This document shows, piece by piece, positions 32,919 to 45,372 of a DNA stretch of 64,000 nt. Every line of letters begins with the position of its first letter. Position 1 is the first letter of the stretch. The stretch is from Salisapilia sapeloensis CBS 127946 (lineage: Eukaryota > Protista > Oomycota): assembly GCA_023334545.1 (NCBI GenBank), contig JAADVB010000002.1:1-64000 (forward strand), given 5' to 3'. The notes under the pieces were generated by a model. The model ran no database searches. It saw only the letters and a program-made list of their open reading frames with translations, and had not been told where the DNA came from. The translations under genes were made by a program, and so were the position numbers.

Positions 32919-35207
32919 CTACTGGAACTTCATCGCCATCTCTCCTAGCGTCATCGTCTTCTTCTTCTTGTTATTCTTCTTTCCCGTCGGTCGGTTCTGT
33001 GCAATCGACTGCACTTGATCGTCCCACGTCGCTCTCGTCACTTGCTGCACACCAAGCGCTTGTCCTGGCGTCGGTAAGCTCGGGAAGTCGCTCTTGCTCG
33101 TTCGAAAGTTGGTCGGCGCTGGCGTCGGTGCTGGCGTCGGTCGTGGCTGGATTTGCATGGATGCAAACGACTGCGTAGGAGGTGCAGCCGATGCAGAGGC
33201 GTAGGAAGTAGTCTGCGGAGCGGATGTCGGTCGTTGCCAACTATTCGAAGAGCTCCAGGAGCTTCCGGAAGCAGGTGAAGCACTCTTGTCTCGCTTCACG
33301 TTGCTCGTGTTGTTAATGATGACAGAAGCTTTGCCGTTGCCTTTACCATTGCGACCGATACCACTCTTCTGAAGCGCGTTATTCCAGGCAGAAGTGGCCG
33401 TAGCCGAGCTCTGGCGACTACCTGCACCACCAATCGGTGTCTTTGCCTCCACTGCTTTCTTCTTTTTCTTCGAAGCGACTTCACTAAATCCTTGTTTCTT
33501 CGCACTTTGCCTCGTCTGCTCTCGATGATACTTGATAAAGCTATCAACAAGTTCTTCGTCTGGGAAGAGTTTCATAAGCTTGATAAAGAGCTGGTCAAAG
33601 TCAGCGGATGTAAAGAGTTTGCGCATCTTTGTGTAGAACGTTGCTAAGTCAACTTCCCCGAATCGGAATTGACGACAATCTTCTCGAAAAGCTTCGTACT
33701 TGGCATCACTACCGAGTACTTGTCGAATACGTAAGACTAGAGCACTCTTGGATGGCGTCTCTCCACTCTCCTCTTCTTCCTCACTCTCTTCCTGTACTTC
33801 TTGCGGTGCTTTCTTCTCTTCTAACTCGGGCTTCGGAGCTGCCTTCTTCTTCCCCTTCTTCTTCTTAGCTGGTTTCACGAAACGCATGAACGGGTTATTC
33901 GCACCTAAGGCTGCAGCTGCCTCGTTATACGCCGGATATTCCCATCCGTTGGTGTCCATGTGTGCTTGCATCGCAGCCGTTGGAGGAGGCTGGAGTGCGT
34001 TGCGGAAAGCGCCGCCAGATGGAGCTGCATGACTGCCTGCAGAGAGCTCAGGGAAATCTTCCATGCGAGGTCGAGACAGAGCTTGACGTTCCCAAAGAGA
34101 TATGCTGGGGGACTGAGCATTGGCCGAGAGAGAAGGAAAGTCAGCGACATTGATCGTCCGGTCTCCACTGGACGGAGGCGCCTGGTCGAGCGTGTGGAAC
34201 TGCTCATAGTCTTCAAAGCCATCACTCTGTCGAGCTGATCCGTTGGACGTGGCATCATGATCGGCTCGGCGGATCTTAAAGTTCACATTGATCTTGCGAC
34301 TCGTCTTGATGTTCGGATGCTCCGTCGTCAAGTGTCCTTGTAGATCGATATGCGATTTGAAGACGACAAATTTCTTCGCGAGACACTCTGGCTGTTCACA
34401 TAGATAATGCTCTGCTCGGAAATGGTTTTCCAAGTCGTTATAATCCTTGTAGAATCGATTTTGAATGTTTAACGAATGGAGACAGATGTCACATTCAAAA
34501 TGATTCTTATGCAAGTGATCATATAACTCTGCACTCGAGTAGAATCGCGTGAAACAAAAGTCACAACGAGGGTGTCCGGTAAATCCTTGTTCCGGATCAC
34601 CTTTTGTATGATGTTTCTTCAATTGGTCTTTCGTGAATAACTCGAGTTCTTGTAAAAACACTTTCTTGTGCTCAAGACAGATTGCACAGAACTGGAGCTT
34701 ATGAGACTGTTGCAAGTGAGATTGCAATGCCGATAACGAATGGAAGGACTTGCCACATTCACGACACCATGGATCACGAAGCTTATTCACGCTTGGCAAA
34801 TTGTGCTTGTAGAAGAACATTTGAGACGCTTCATCTAGTTGATGAGCTGGACCGATGTTGTCTTCTCCCCAGCTCTGGAAACTATCAAACGTCTGCGAGT
34901 CGCTCTCGATGCAGATGACACGGGGGAGGTCTGTCTTGCAAATGACACAGCGAGAGTCTCCTAGGAGCTGACGCATGCGCAAGGCACACAGACTGCAGCA
35001 TCCAGTATGGCCACACTGGCCGACGGTATTATAGCGATTGATATTGTCGATCGGATGCACGCACAAGATGCATTGCTTCTGTCCGTCTTCATCGACGCCC
35101 CACGAGCCTTCCGTTGCATCTGCGCCGTCTTCCACTGGAAGTGGCGCTTTCTCAGCCTTGGGTTTATTGCCACGACGGCCACGATTGTTATTTTTCTTGT
35201 CACTCAT
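32919..35207 (-). CDS. ZNF598: ZNF598/Hel2 E3 ubiquitin ligase
   Basis: RING CILC...CGHTGCCSLCALRMR...CVICK, C2H2 arrays, HPRCDFC, and LCEQPECLAKKFVVF; first ATG at 35207. Confidence 0.93.
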   Translation of the reverse strand: MSDKKNNNRGRRGNKPKAEKAPLPVEDGADATEGSWGVDEDGQKQCILCVHPIDNINRYNTVGQCGHTGCCSLCALRMRQLLGDSRCVICKTDLPRVICIESDSQTFDSFQSWGEDNIGPAHQLDEASQMFFYKHNLPSVNKLRDPWCRECGKSFHSLSALQSHLQQSHKLQFCAICLEHKKVFLQELELFTKDQLKKHHTKGDPEQGFTGHPRCDFCFTRFYSSAELYDHLHKNHFECDICLHSLNIQNRFYKDYNDLENHFRAEHYLCEQPECLAKKFVVFKSHIDLQGHLTTEHPNIKTSRKINVNFKIRRADHDATSNGSARQSDGFEDYEQFHTLDQAPPSSGDRTINVADFPSLSANAQSPSISLWERQALSRPRMEDFPELSAGSHAAPSGGAFRNALQPPPTAAMQAHMDTNGWEYPAYNEAAAALGANNPFMRFVKPAKKKKGKKKAAPKPELEEKKAPQEVQEESEEEEESGETPSKSALVLRIRQVLGSDAKYEAFREDCRQFRFGEVDLATFYTKMRKLFTSADFDQLFIKLMKLFPDEELVDSFIKYHREQTRQSAKKQGFSEVASKKKKKAVEAKTPIGGAGSRQSSATATSAWNNALQKSGIGRNGKGNGKASVIINNTSNVKRDKSASPASGSSWSSSNSWQRPTSAPQTTSYASASAAPPTQSFASMQIQPRPTPAPTPAPTNFRTSKSDFPSLPTPGQALGVQQVTRATWDDQVQSIAQNRPTGKKNNKKKKTMTLGEMAMKFQ

Positions 35208-35411
35208 TTCGAAAGTGAATGTACGAGGAGGATGGAAGTAGAGAAGGTAGGAATCGAATCGATGGGCGTATCGAAAACTGATAGAATGACCATCCAACGT
35301 CTCATTGGCCATAAGTGACTAACGAGCGTGAATGATGGTCACATGATAGGGTACGAGCACAAAGAGGTCAAATAGAGGAGTCATTATGTTTGATGTACCT
35401 ACAAGATACTT

Positions 35412-37535
35412 CTACGAACGGAGCTTGAGGAACATACGCTTGAGGATACGTGCCTAGGACCATAACAAATGAGACTTTATACATGGATGGTACGGTGGTG
35501 GTACATGTACCTCGTAGCTGATGGTGTGCTGGATTTCATTCGGATCCTGCGTGACGGGCGCTGTTTCGGTCGTTGTAAAGATGTCTTTACCGTGCTGGTC
35601 AGCACTGTCGAGAAAATCGAGAATGTCGTCCATTGTACAGTCTCGAATCGTCGTCATGTGTTTCGCGAGTGTCAGTGCCAGCGCCATGAAGCATCGTTTT
35701 GCGTAGAACCAAGTATCCGGCCCAAGTTTCCGATGGTACGGTTCCATACTCTTCATGACTCGGCAAATACCAAAGTCATAGTTGTTCTATTCACATGTAA
35801 AATGAAGTAATATGTACTTAAGTTTCCAACGAAGGAACGAACCTTGGAGCAGTAGAGTGTGCCAATAACCAAGTTGATGATGCACAAGTGAAAGATGCGT
35901 TTATCCGGTTCTCGACTCGCCTCTTCTTCTTCCTCTCGTTCGATCGATCGCAAAAGCTCCTCTGCCTTTTCATTCTCGGTATTCATGACATAGCAGACAC
36001 ATAGGTTTGCCAAGATGATCGCTTGGACATCCAGCAGATTCTCCTGATGCTTCTTTACGAACGGTTCGTAGTACTGAATCGCTTGTTCATACTTGTTTCC
36101 TTGCATAAAGAACACGTGGGCGACGTTCAGTTTCCAAGCTTCATGCTCAGAGCAGAATTCAGCCGTCTGTCGAAAGATCTTCTCTACTTGATTATAGTTT
36201 CCACGTTCCCAATACACATTTGCTTGCGCCATGAGAACGGGCATGAACTCTTCAAGCGCATCGTCGTAAGCTTTGAGAGAAGATTTGATCTCATCGTTCG
36301 ACTGCGCTAATCGAGCGTCCTGGATCTTCTTCGTGAGCTTACGCAAACGCTCGACGTGTTTCGTTGCCAGTTCATCGTACTTGCGATACGCTTCTTCTGC
36401 AGATGTCTGCAGCGTTACGGTTGCGTCCACGAACTCGTAAAAGTCTTTGCTTAGTAGTTGGAACGTCAAGTGAGTGTTTTCAGCTAGTACATCAGCCATG
36501 AGATCATGGAATGTATGCTTCATGTATAATATAAGTAGATTAGGAAATGTTTCGACTGGAAATGGAGGGTTTTGTAGCAAGAAGTTGAGTTTCTTGAAAC
36601 CTCCATTCGGATCTGCTTCCATATTCATTAACGCAAAGTTGTGCAAAGAAACAGGATCCAGCTCTTCTTCCTGTCGTGGAGGCATGTCAAAGAGTGCATC
36701 TCGAGCACCTTTGTAGTTCTTCATCTCGTACTCGATAGCGGCCTTGAGATTAAATGCTTCCACGAGTGCTGTTTCTCTCAGAACTGTCGAGTTGCTGACA
36801 CTCCGAACGTCGCTATTCGTCTCGGATTTGCTTCCGACGCTAAGTTCAGGGTGATCACGAACACCACGCTCTATAATCTCTGCAATTTGACGCATGGCAT
36901 TGCCGTATTGTTTCTGACGAAAGTAGCACAAGGCAATGTTGTACGCCACATCGGGCTGATACCCGAGCACATTCATAGCATCCTGGAAAAACTTTTCGGC
37001 AGCTTCAAAGTGCCCTTCCTTGTACTCGATCGCACCTTCAAAAATGGTGGTCGCGGGATCGTCTGCTACGCATTGCTCCAAGATCGAGCGAGTGGCAGTC
37101 AAATCGCCTTGCTCGTAGTAAGCAGCTGCTCGAAGTAAGAGGACGCGTTGCGCATATTGATCATCCTCCAGTTGGCTGGCTTTACGGGATGCAGCATCAT
37201 ATTGGCCTGCCTTGTACAGCGCTTGAGCGAGGTACATGTGATACTCTTCGACATCCGGGTAGTTATGGCAAAGCTGCTCATACATGGAAACTGCATAAGC
37301 AAAGTTTTGCATATGGTAGTAGCAATAGCCTATGTGTATATGCGTGCTGTCAGTATGCATCCTAATTGGTGCGAATGGTAATTTTGCACTTACCAAGCAA
37401 AGAGAGAGCAGCTCGACTGTGAGGATGATTCTCCAATTCGATTTCAAGAACCTGGACAGCGTCTTCATACTTTTGGTCACGAATATAGCCATAAATCGTC
37501 CCTGTATAGCTACTACTCGCTTCTTGGGCCTGCAT
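35412..37535 (-). CDS. TTC30: IFT70/TTC30 (fleer) intraflagellar transport TPR protein
   Basis: YTGTIYGYIRDQKY...HSRAALSLLG-YCYY, ALVEAFNLKAAIEY, PPRQEEELDPVSLHN, FHLCIINLVIGTLYCSK, KLGPDTWFYAKRC; about 3 introns. Confidence 0.95.
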
Positions 37536-37887
37536 GATATAAATGCTAGGAAGATTGGTCTCAGGAGTCCAAGAGACGCAAGTGATCCTTGGTATATTAA
37601 GAAACCGTCCAAGATAGATTTGATAAAGATGTACGCATTTGGTACCGTCGCAACATGTACCACAAACGTGCTCTAGCAATTCTAGAATCATCGCAGCGCG
37701 AAAAGCTCATGATGAACGAGCTCTGGAGGGTGATATCGAGTACACTCCAGCCTAGTACGTCCGTTGGACTTGGTCAGCTTCCTTATACATGCATAGAGTG
37801 CTCGAGCTCTGCGAAAGAGAGATTCTAAGATATGTGCAAATTAAGAGATGGCTAAATATACGCTTAATCTACCAACAACAAAAGCTC

Positions 37888-39634
37888 ATGATGACCGAGT
37901 TACCACTTTCGACCTGCGGTTTATCTCCAAGCACGCTAGGTAGGAAGGATGGACTATTTGATATTGTTCTTCATTGACTTTTACGTATCTCTGATCAATT
38001 ATTTTATTGTAACGCTTTCTATTTGGCCATTTAGCTTCGCTAATGAAATCCGGATTTCGATACCAAGTAGACTTGGTCGGCATTTCCGCACGACAGCTAG
38101 CGAATGGTGTGTATCTTGCTCTGTATAGGCTGTAGATTAATAAAGAGTAGCAGTAGTTTAATTTAAACTTTATTTGATGTGACTGGTAGAATGCACTTTG
38201 AGTCACGAAGATGCTATCGGCGTCTTACGGCAATGCGAAATGGCACAAGATGACAAGCAGATAGAACCATCGATCGGCATAACAGCGTTAGACTTGCTAA
38301 AGGTTCGTTTGCAAAGCAGTCAGTATTTCGATGTAATATCGGAATACAAAATTAGGATAAGCGTCACGTATAATTTAAATAGAGCATTCTCACCTCGTTT
38401 TAATTGTAGGAAGCTATGCAACATGAGCCAATATCGACAAAGCTACCGACAATAGACCAAATGCTTGGTGGTGGTATCCATCGTGGTGAAATTACAGAAA
38501 TATGTACGTGGCTTGTTGGCTTCCTTGGTCCTAATTTTCATTTCTAAGTGATGGAGAAGCGTAGGTGGTAGCCCAGCGACAGGAAAATCCCAATTCAGGT
38601 GCATTCAACATTATATGAACTGATCTAATCGTCATGATAAGCTGTATCTGTGTACCTTTCCATAGCACACACCTCTGTCTGGCAGCTCAGAGTGCCATCT
38701 ATATCGGTATTTATACGCTTTGAGCTACTTTCTTTTTACAAATGATTGATCTTCTTGTATTTCCTGTTCATTAGACAGTGAAGGCGGCTTCGTCGTTGAG
38801 CGAGCAGCTGAAATGGCTTCCTCATTCGTCGAGGACTTTCCATCACTTGATGTGGAGTCATCGGTACGATACAAAAGAAGTACCTGATCTCTTTACAATC
38901 TATCGTCAACTAAGGACGTATACTGCAGACAAGAGATGAATTACTCCGTGGCATCACATACTTTCGCGTTCACGATTATCTGGAGCAGCTCGAAGTCATC
39001 CAGTCTTTACCATCACTACTCCAATCTTCCACGACTGTACATCTCTCTTTTCCAATCGTTTCGACAGTCTTTCATCTTTTCTAGACCTATCATCTCTTGG
39101 TGATCGATTCCGTGGCTTTCCACTTCCGACACGGATTCCATGACTACACTCAACGTCTCAAAGCATTGGATACGCTTGCGAATCAGCTCCAACTCCTCCT
39201 CCAAGAATTTGATATTGCCGTACATGTTCTACCTGATGCATATCACCATTCGTTTGCGATACTTAATCGATCTGCATCGAATTTATCTCTAGATCGTCGT
39301 TACCAACCACTTAACGACGCGATCATTTTCCACCAGATCGATGCAACGATCCTCCATGGAGACACCAGCATTAGGTGAAAGCTGGGCACACTCTGTAACC
39401 TCTCGTCTGATGCTCGAATGGGAAGTAAGTCGTATCTATCTCATCCTTTTGGTACATAAACCATAGCAATCTGTTCTAGCTGTCGTCTCGTACCGTACGC
39501 CTGAGCAAGTCCCCGACTCATCCTCAGCAATCCACTCCATACCGCAGTACTCTCTTCTATCCGTCTCTTTCACATCTTTATTAAATGGTCCATTCATAGT
39601 TACCAATCGAGGTATTCGAGAGATCAGTACGTAG
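37888..39634 (+). CDS. RAD51C: RAD51 paralog, RAD51C-like (about 10 introns)
   Basis: Spliced SGFRYQVDL, LGGGIHRGEITEI-CGSPATGKSQF, YI-DSEGGF, FRVHDYLEQL, VIDSVAFHFRH, PALGESWAHS, ITNRGIRE. Confidence 0.85.
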
Positions 39635-39798
39635 GCTTGAACGAATCAACGTAATCCTCTAGACATTTAAGACTTGATTGAAAGAAAACGACACATGAAA
39701 AGATTCGTTATTTGTACCAAGGAGCCTGCCACTGGGTCATCCCATGGCGTTTAACATCGGATCGTATGGACACGTTCCGATTTGCCTACATCCAAGAG

Positions 39799-41814
39799 CT
39801 ATTCCTTCCTTTCAGCTTGGTCTTCTAGTCGACTTTTGGCATGTGCCACTTGCTCTTTACTCATAGCATTCACAAACTTATTTGCGACCTTGGCGAGTCG
39901 GATCATGGCAGTGTACTGCGTCTGATCGACGTCATGAGACTTGCTGTCGAGGCAACAGATAGAGCCGATGGTATGTCCGTCCGGTGTCATGAGTGGGATA
40001 CCAAAGTAGAATTTGATGTTGAAACTGATCAATGCGCCCAAATTATGGAAACGCATGTCGGATTCTGGATGAGGCACGAGCAACGGCTTCGAGTCCATGA
40101 TCGTATGGGAGCAGAAAGCGTCACATCGGGGAATGGTTATCTTTTGCATGTCCGGTGAGCTCGATGCGATCGTGACTTGTTCATCTTCATCGATGATCGT
40201 TACGAAGCTTATCATACAATTGAGTTGCTGTGCCGCAATTGAACAGAGGATATCGAGTTCATAGCAGTCCATCAGTTCTTTGTAACCTCCACTCTTGACA
40301 GCCTTTGCACGTTCATCCTCTGTTTTCGGTAGTGGGAAGTCTGGGACTTTGTTCGCTGGATCATCTGCCAAAGTGATCGGATAGTCTCGTGCCTTGGCAT
40401 TCGCTAGTACACAGTTTTCCAACGGAATCGTTTTGTCCATTTGCACATTTTTCAACATCGATAGGCATTCCTCCTCTTCCTTGTCAGCGTTCAACACAAC
40501 AGGAGATACGGAGGGAGAATTCGAGTCGGCATTATCTGCCGCAATCATCTCCTTGACAACAGATATCACGGACTTTTTACGATCAGAGCTTGCGCTGGAG
40601 ATAGCATCATATAGCATGTCGGTCATGGCTTTTGCAGACGACTGACGATCCGGTCGGTCAGGTTTGATGGACACGTCGCCAATGGCATTCGGATCGACGT
40701 TTGAATATTCACATGCTTGGACACACTCGCCACATCGACGACAGACTCGACACGTTGATACACGTCCGTTTCCACTCTCAATCTGTTCTACTTGGATGCA
40801 CCCATCACAGACGTAGTAGCCACATAGGTAGCATCGAATTTTCTTTACAAGCAGCGTCAAGGGCTTCGTGCAGGCGATGCAGTGGCTATTTTTGGCTTCA
40901 AAGGCAGATCGGTTGGCTGGCACTTGATTGCCAAAGCGTCTTCGATGGACGATGTCTTGTAGCTTGCTCACGCCTTTTCCTAGACGCTGCATCCGAGCTT
41001 TAATGGCTCTAGTTGATGCGTTTCCATCCGCACTCGCGTTATCACCAGTGTAGTGGGCGTGGAAGAGGATGCGCACTTGCTTTGTGTCTGGCACCGGCTC
41101 GACGGAGTATGCTGCCGTGATATCGTGCATCTGATTGACTCTTCTCTGTGTCACTTTGCCGACCGTAAGGTCGCTTTCGTTCATAGAGCCCATGATGACG
41201 GAGAAACCATTGTCTTCGGTATGCGGTTTATAGTTTTCAAAGAAGCACCATTGCTCGTTGTGTCCAAAGGGACTTGAGCGCACGAATGTGGCTGTTTTCA
41301 CCAGCAATCGTTCGGCTCGATCTGATTCGTAGACAGAGGACTCAGCATCGGAGACAGACTTGGTGCTTGCACTGTATGCGGTTCGAACGATGGACCCATA
41401 GATAAATTGTTTCTTATAGATCCCTTTCATCGCTGCGTTATAGTCACTTTCGTATGCAGACCCGAGGATATTTTGTAGCTCGTTGGGACTGCACCGCATC
41501 TCACCAGCAGTCAGGACCTCGTACCCCGGTCCTGCGGTCGAAGCGTCAACTGCTCGAGAGAAGACGGTAAATCGCTTTCGAGTGGACATCCATTTCCAAT
41601 TACAAGCTGATAGGTTGGTCAAGTGCTGAAAGTCGATCGTTGAGGATACCTCAAGTGCTCGCGTGCGTAGTGCTTCATCGGAAAGTCGTAAGGACGAGCT
41701 GTATTTGGTCGGGGCTTCTTCCGACCATGCTGACCGACTGTCATGTCGTGAGAGGGTAGTTGTCGCCGAGCTCGGGTGGCGCGACGTGCGAGCCTTCGAT
41801 GATAAGAGCGACAT
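39799..41814 (-). CDS. Oomycete-type START-like + FYVE + GAF domain protein
   Basis: HCIACTK...RCYLCGYYVCDGC...CRVCRRC (FYVE); AFCSHTIM...HPESDMRF...KFYFGIPL..PDGHTIGSICCLD (GAF); first ATG at 41814. Confidence 0.85.
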   Translation of the reverse strand: MSLLSSKARTSRHPSSATTTLSRHDSRSAWSEEAPTKYSSSLRLSDEALRTRALEVSSTIDFQHLTNLSACNWKWMSTRKRFTVFSRAVDASTAGPGYEVLTAGEMRCSPNELQNILGSAYESDYNAAMKGIYKKQFIYGSIVRTAYSASTKSVSDAESSVYESDRAERLLVKTATFVRSSPFGHNEQWCFFENYKPHTEDNGFSVIMGSMNESDLTVGKVTQRRVNQMHDITAAYSVEPVPDTKQVRILFHAHYTGDNASADGNASTRAIKARMQRLGKGVSKLQDIVHRRRFGNQVPANRSAFEAKNSHCIACTKPLTLLVKKIRCYLCGYYVCDGCIQVEQIESGNGRVSTCRVCRRCGECVQACEYSNVDPNAIGDVSIKPDRPDRQSSAKAMTDMLYDAISSASSDRKKSVISVVKEMIAADNADSNSPSVSPVVLNADKEEEECLSMLKNVQMDKTIPLENCVLANAKARDYPITLADDPANKVPDFPLPKTEDERAKAVKSGGYKELMDCYELDILCSIAAQQLNCMISFVTIIDEDEQVTIASSSPDMQKITIPRCDAFCSHTIMDSKPLLVPHPESDMRFHNLGALISFNIKFYFGIPLMTPDGHTIGSICCLDSKSHDVDQTQYTAMIRLAKVANKFVNAMSKEQVAHAKSRLEDQAERKE

Positions 41815-43551
41815 GGAGTCTATCAACGAAATGGAAAACTGATCACAAATCGCTCGAGTTGGAAGGAGATGTCCAGTGCGACAGAAGGGCACATGCGTCA
41901 CTAATAATGTGCTTTCTTCCGATTAGTATGCAACGCCCCTATCCGCACGTGTTGACAATCGTGTCGAGTGGCTCCAGTCGATACTTTTACGCAGACTAGT
42001 GGACAGGCGTAGTCATTAGACGAACGTGAGCCTAGTCACAAATCCTCAGTAGTCATGAGGCGAGCAGTGGTACAAAGTTCAAGCCATCGTAGCTAGAAGC
42101 TGATCTATGATCAGGTTTACCGTGACTCCATAGTATTATCAGTCTCACTTCGATCTTTCGAACAATCGGTTTAAAATACGAAGACAACGACGGAGCAACG
42201 GCCCTTCCATGCCGTAGGTAGACTGTATTGCTTACTAGCTAAATTTCTTCCGTCGATGAAGAAGGGCAACAATGGTGGAAGATGAAGATTTGTTTAACAA
42301 AGAGAAGAATGCGCGCATTTTATTTGGGTGGTTGCGACCGCATGAGAGGACTGTCGGAACGCCAATCCTTCCATTTTCGTCTTTTGCATGTTGACAAGCT
42401 CACAGAAGGCACCGAACATGTACTGTCGGTAATGCTGACCTCAAGCTGGGTACCGACCTTATTCGGTATTGCTGACTTCAGAGCCTTGCGCAACCTCGAC
42501 GATTCCATGAAGACCGCGAGAGAGCAGCGTAACGAGCTTCGTTTCTACCATTACGATACCACACAGCATGAAACTAGAAAAACGTAGGCGTTGGGAAGGT
42601 CCAACCAGGCGCTGGGGCATTCTAGCGAAACATACATTCAAGTGTATCCTAGAATACAGCACCACCGGTAGCGCGGAACGTGGTGCACATTCAGCATAAA
42701 GCACGGTTGCGCTGGACTTCCACTCGAGCCATTTCATGCGAACCATCTGTAATCGTCACTACCACCCGACAATGCACCTTGATGAGCTTTTACTGCTCAT
42801 AAAGGTTGTCTTTCGTCCTTCCAGCCTGTTTCCATGTACGCTTTGCACTTCAATTCTTTTCGGACAACCCTGTATGCTGCGATTTGACTCACTTCTACTG
42901 TTCTCCCCTAAAAAATCTTGTATGTTTGTCATGGTTACCAGCAAGTATCTTTGCAAACAAACAAACAACGAAGGGCGATCATAAATAAACATTATTGCAA
43001 TAAAAAAAGCTGCCCCAATACTTTCTCATCCACCACAGGATAAGAAGCGTCAGAATATATAAAAATACTTAACAAACCATAGTGTTCTTTTCAAAGGGAT
43101 TGCTTAGGACAAAGCAAAGGACATGATGTGTTACCATTCCAAAAAGTGTTATGCATCATGTTATTCGATATACAGCAAATGCTGATAACCTTATTGTCTT
43201 ATATAGAGAATGTCTAAACGCTTTTACTCTATTCCTGGACATAAATTGCTGGCAATGGTATGCATGAGCTCTATGTTTATTCCAGAAATGGTACTTAAGA
43301 CACAGAGAGCGTTGTGCATCGTCCCTTTCAAAAGACGTGTCCAAAAGTAACTCTATTTTAGATCAAGTCAGCATTAACATACAGCATATTGAATTTGACT
43401 GGTGCATGGTGAGAGATCCAGTCATTTTGTGCGCATCATGCCAATCCTGCCAGCATATACATGTTCGCAGTTGTCGCAGCTCAATTTTTACCGCGTTAAT
43501 CACGATGAAATTGACAAAGTTTATGAGTAAATTTAATATTTGACAGTTATA

Positions 43552-44041
43552 GCCGTGTTCGCACTGAATATCGACTCAGCATACTTAAGAAGTCGCGTTT
43601 TGTGATTCTATTCATTAAATTAGAATCGGCAATTCGTATCGAACGCAGAGTTTGCCGATTCGGATTAGCTACATTGCAATCTTTCATAATATGTCAATAA
43701 AAATTTCCCGCTAAATTGCGGGTACAAAAGCGAGTGATCGTATGTCTTGTATGAAAGCATGAGGAAGAAACGATCTTCGGGACGACTTTAAGTCACGCCT
43801 GGTTCCCAATGTGTGCAAGTTTAAAAAAGCGCGCGAAACAGTCACTTCACTTGCTTAGCTCTTCGCTTTACTTGCGCTATTTAGCTCTTCATTTTTATTT
43901 CGGAACAGGCTTAGTACAGTGGCGGACGTAATAATTGAACGACATTTGCGACTTGCATTATACTATGTACCGCTGAATTGGCGAAGAGATCAATAGCAAA
44001 AGTAAATCGAATTCAACTTCAACCTGAATGACTTTCGACGA
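43552..44041. repeat. Non-coding module copy 1 (contains two inverted-repeat-bounded segments)
   Basis: Colinear with 45373-46192 (shared GCCGTGT, GATTCGGA.TAGCTA, TTGCAATCTTTCATA, AAGCGAGTG, GGAAGAAACGATCTTCGGGA, GTCACGCCTGGT, CAACTTCAACC). Confidence 0.85.
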
Positions 44042-45372
44042 GAAACCACGATACACTCGACGCTATTCCCCGACAAAGTATGACAGAAGAACGGACGACA
44101 TATGTACACGTAAATGTAAAAGTTGGCAATGATGCACGAGTAGGACGAACTGCAAAAGACTTGGGTAGTGATTTTTACTATAGTGCTTGCGTGTCTGTTT
44201 TCACCATAACAAATAATCCGCTGAACGAATGCGACCTTCGTAGAACACACTACGACATGTGTATTGCATAGTCCTACTTAGCGAGCAATATTATATTTGG
44301 AGAAGTGCAGCGTTGTCATTCAGACCTGTATTCGCGTTTTAGTAGCCATCTAGGAACTAACAATTTATATTGCGTGTCTCCGTCGTTGCTAGAGCTATGG
44401 ACTATCGATGATCTCGTCACCGTGACTGTACACGCATGGTAATCTCGGACATCAATCGAGTCTTCCAGTACCTGATGTACCTTGGACGGTCGTAGATGTA
44501 CTTGGGGACTTTCAGAGAGGATGAAATGGCATGTAAGCACTAGACCTGCATGCTAGACATTGTTGAGCATGCTATATCCCTGAATACCAAAGAAAAGAAA
44601 TTCGTTTTGCAAATGTTATGGTGGTCGACTCGAGTTACTACCTAGGGTTTTGCGCTCGAGGATGTTGTGTTGGCGGCTCGATTGCTCTGAGGCATACAAA
44701 AAGCTAGTCGTTCAAACCAACAGCGCTGACTGTAAGGAAAGTGTTGCGAATTCTGGCTCACTAGCTTTTTGTATAATCTCGAAAAGTCGTGGATCGAGCG
44801 AACACCGGAGTATGCGGACAACGAAGTAGCGATCTCGAGTCGACCACCAAAACCTTGAATTTTTCGAATTTCGAATTTCGGCATGGATAGATAGAGCGCA
44901 CTCCAAAGCGTATAATGGGATAGTCCAGAGACTCTACATGCCATTCCTTGCCTCATGAGAGCTCGCTGAAAACCCCATCCGTCTTTTCAAGTATCCCCAC
45001 TTGAAGTTTGTAGGAACACACCTCAAGCTAGAAAGCGAAAGGCCAGAGGATGGAATCTAGACACTCACGAGTGGATTGAGGAGCAAGCGAGATGGCTTCA
45101 TTTCAGTTCGGCTAAAAACTCACCACTGATGACCATCCCAGCAATGCCTTGGTCCTCGCAGATACCCGTTCTAGCTTATCATCTAGTAAGAAATCCAAGA
45201 TGATCTGGGATTCCGACTGAAGCTTGTATACGATATCGGCCTATTTTTTGATTGCTTGAACATCGTCCTGCATGTACACAACGCGCCAGTTGCGAAAGTG
45301 TCGTTCGAAAAGGTTACTGCATGTACCCCAGTGTCGACAGCATGTCTGTTCAAGAATGCATAAATAAATTAG

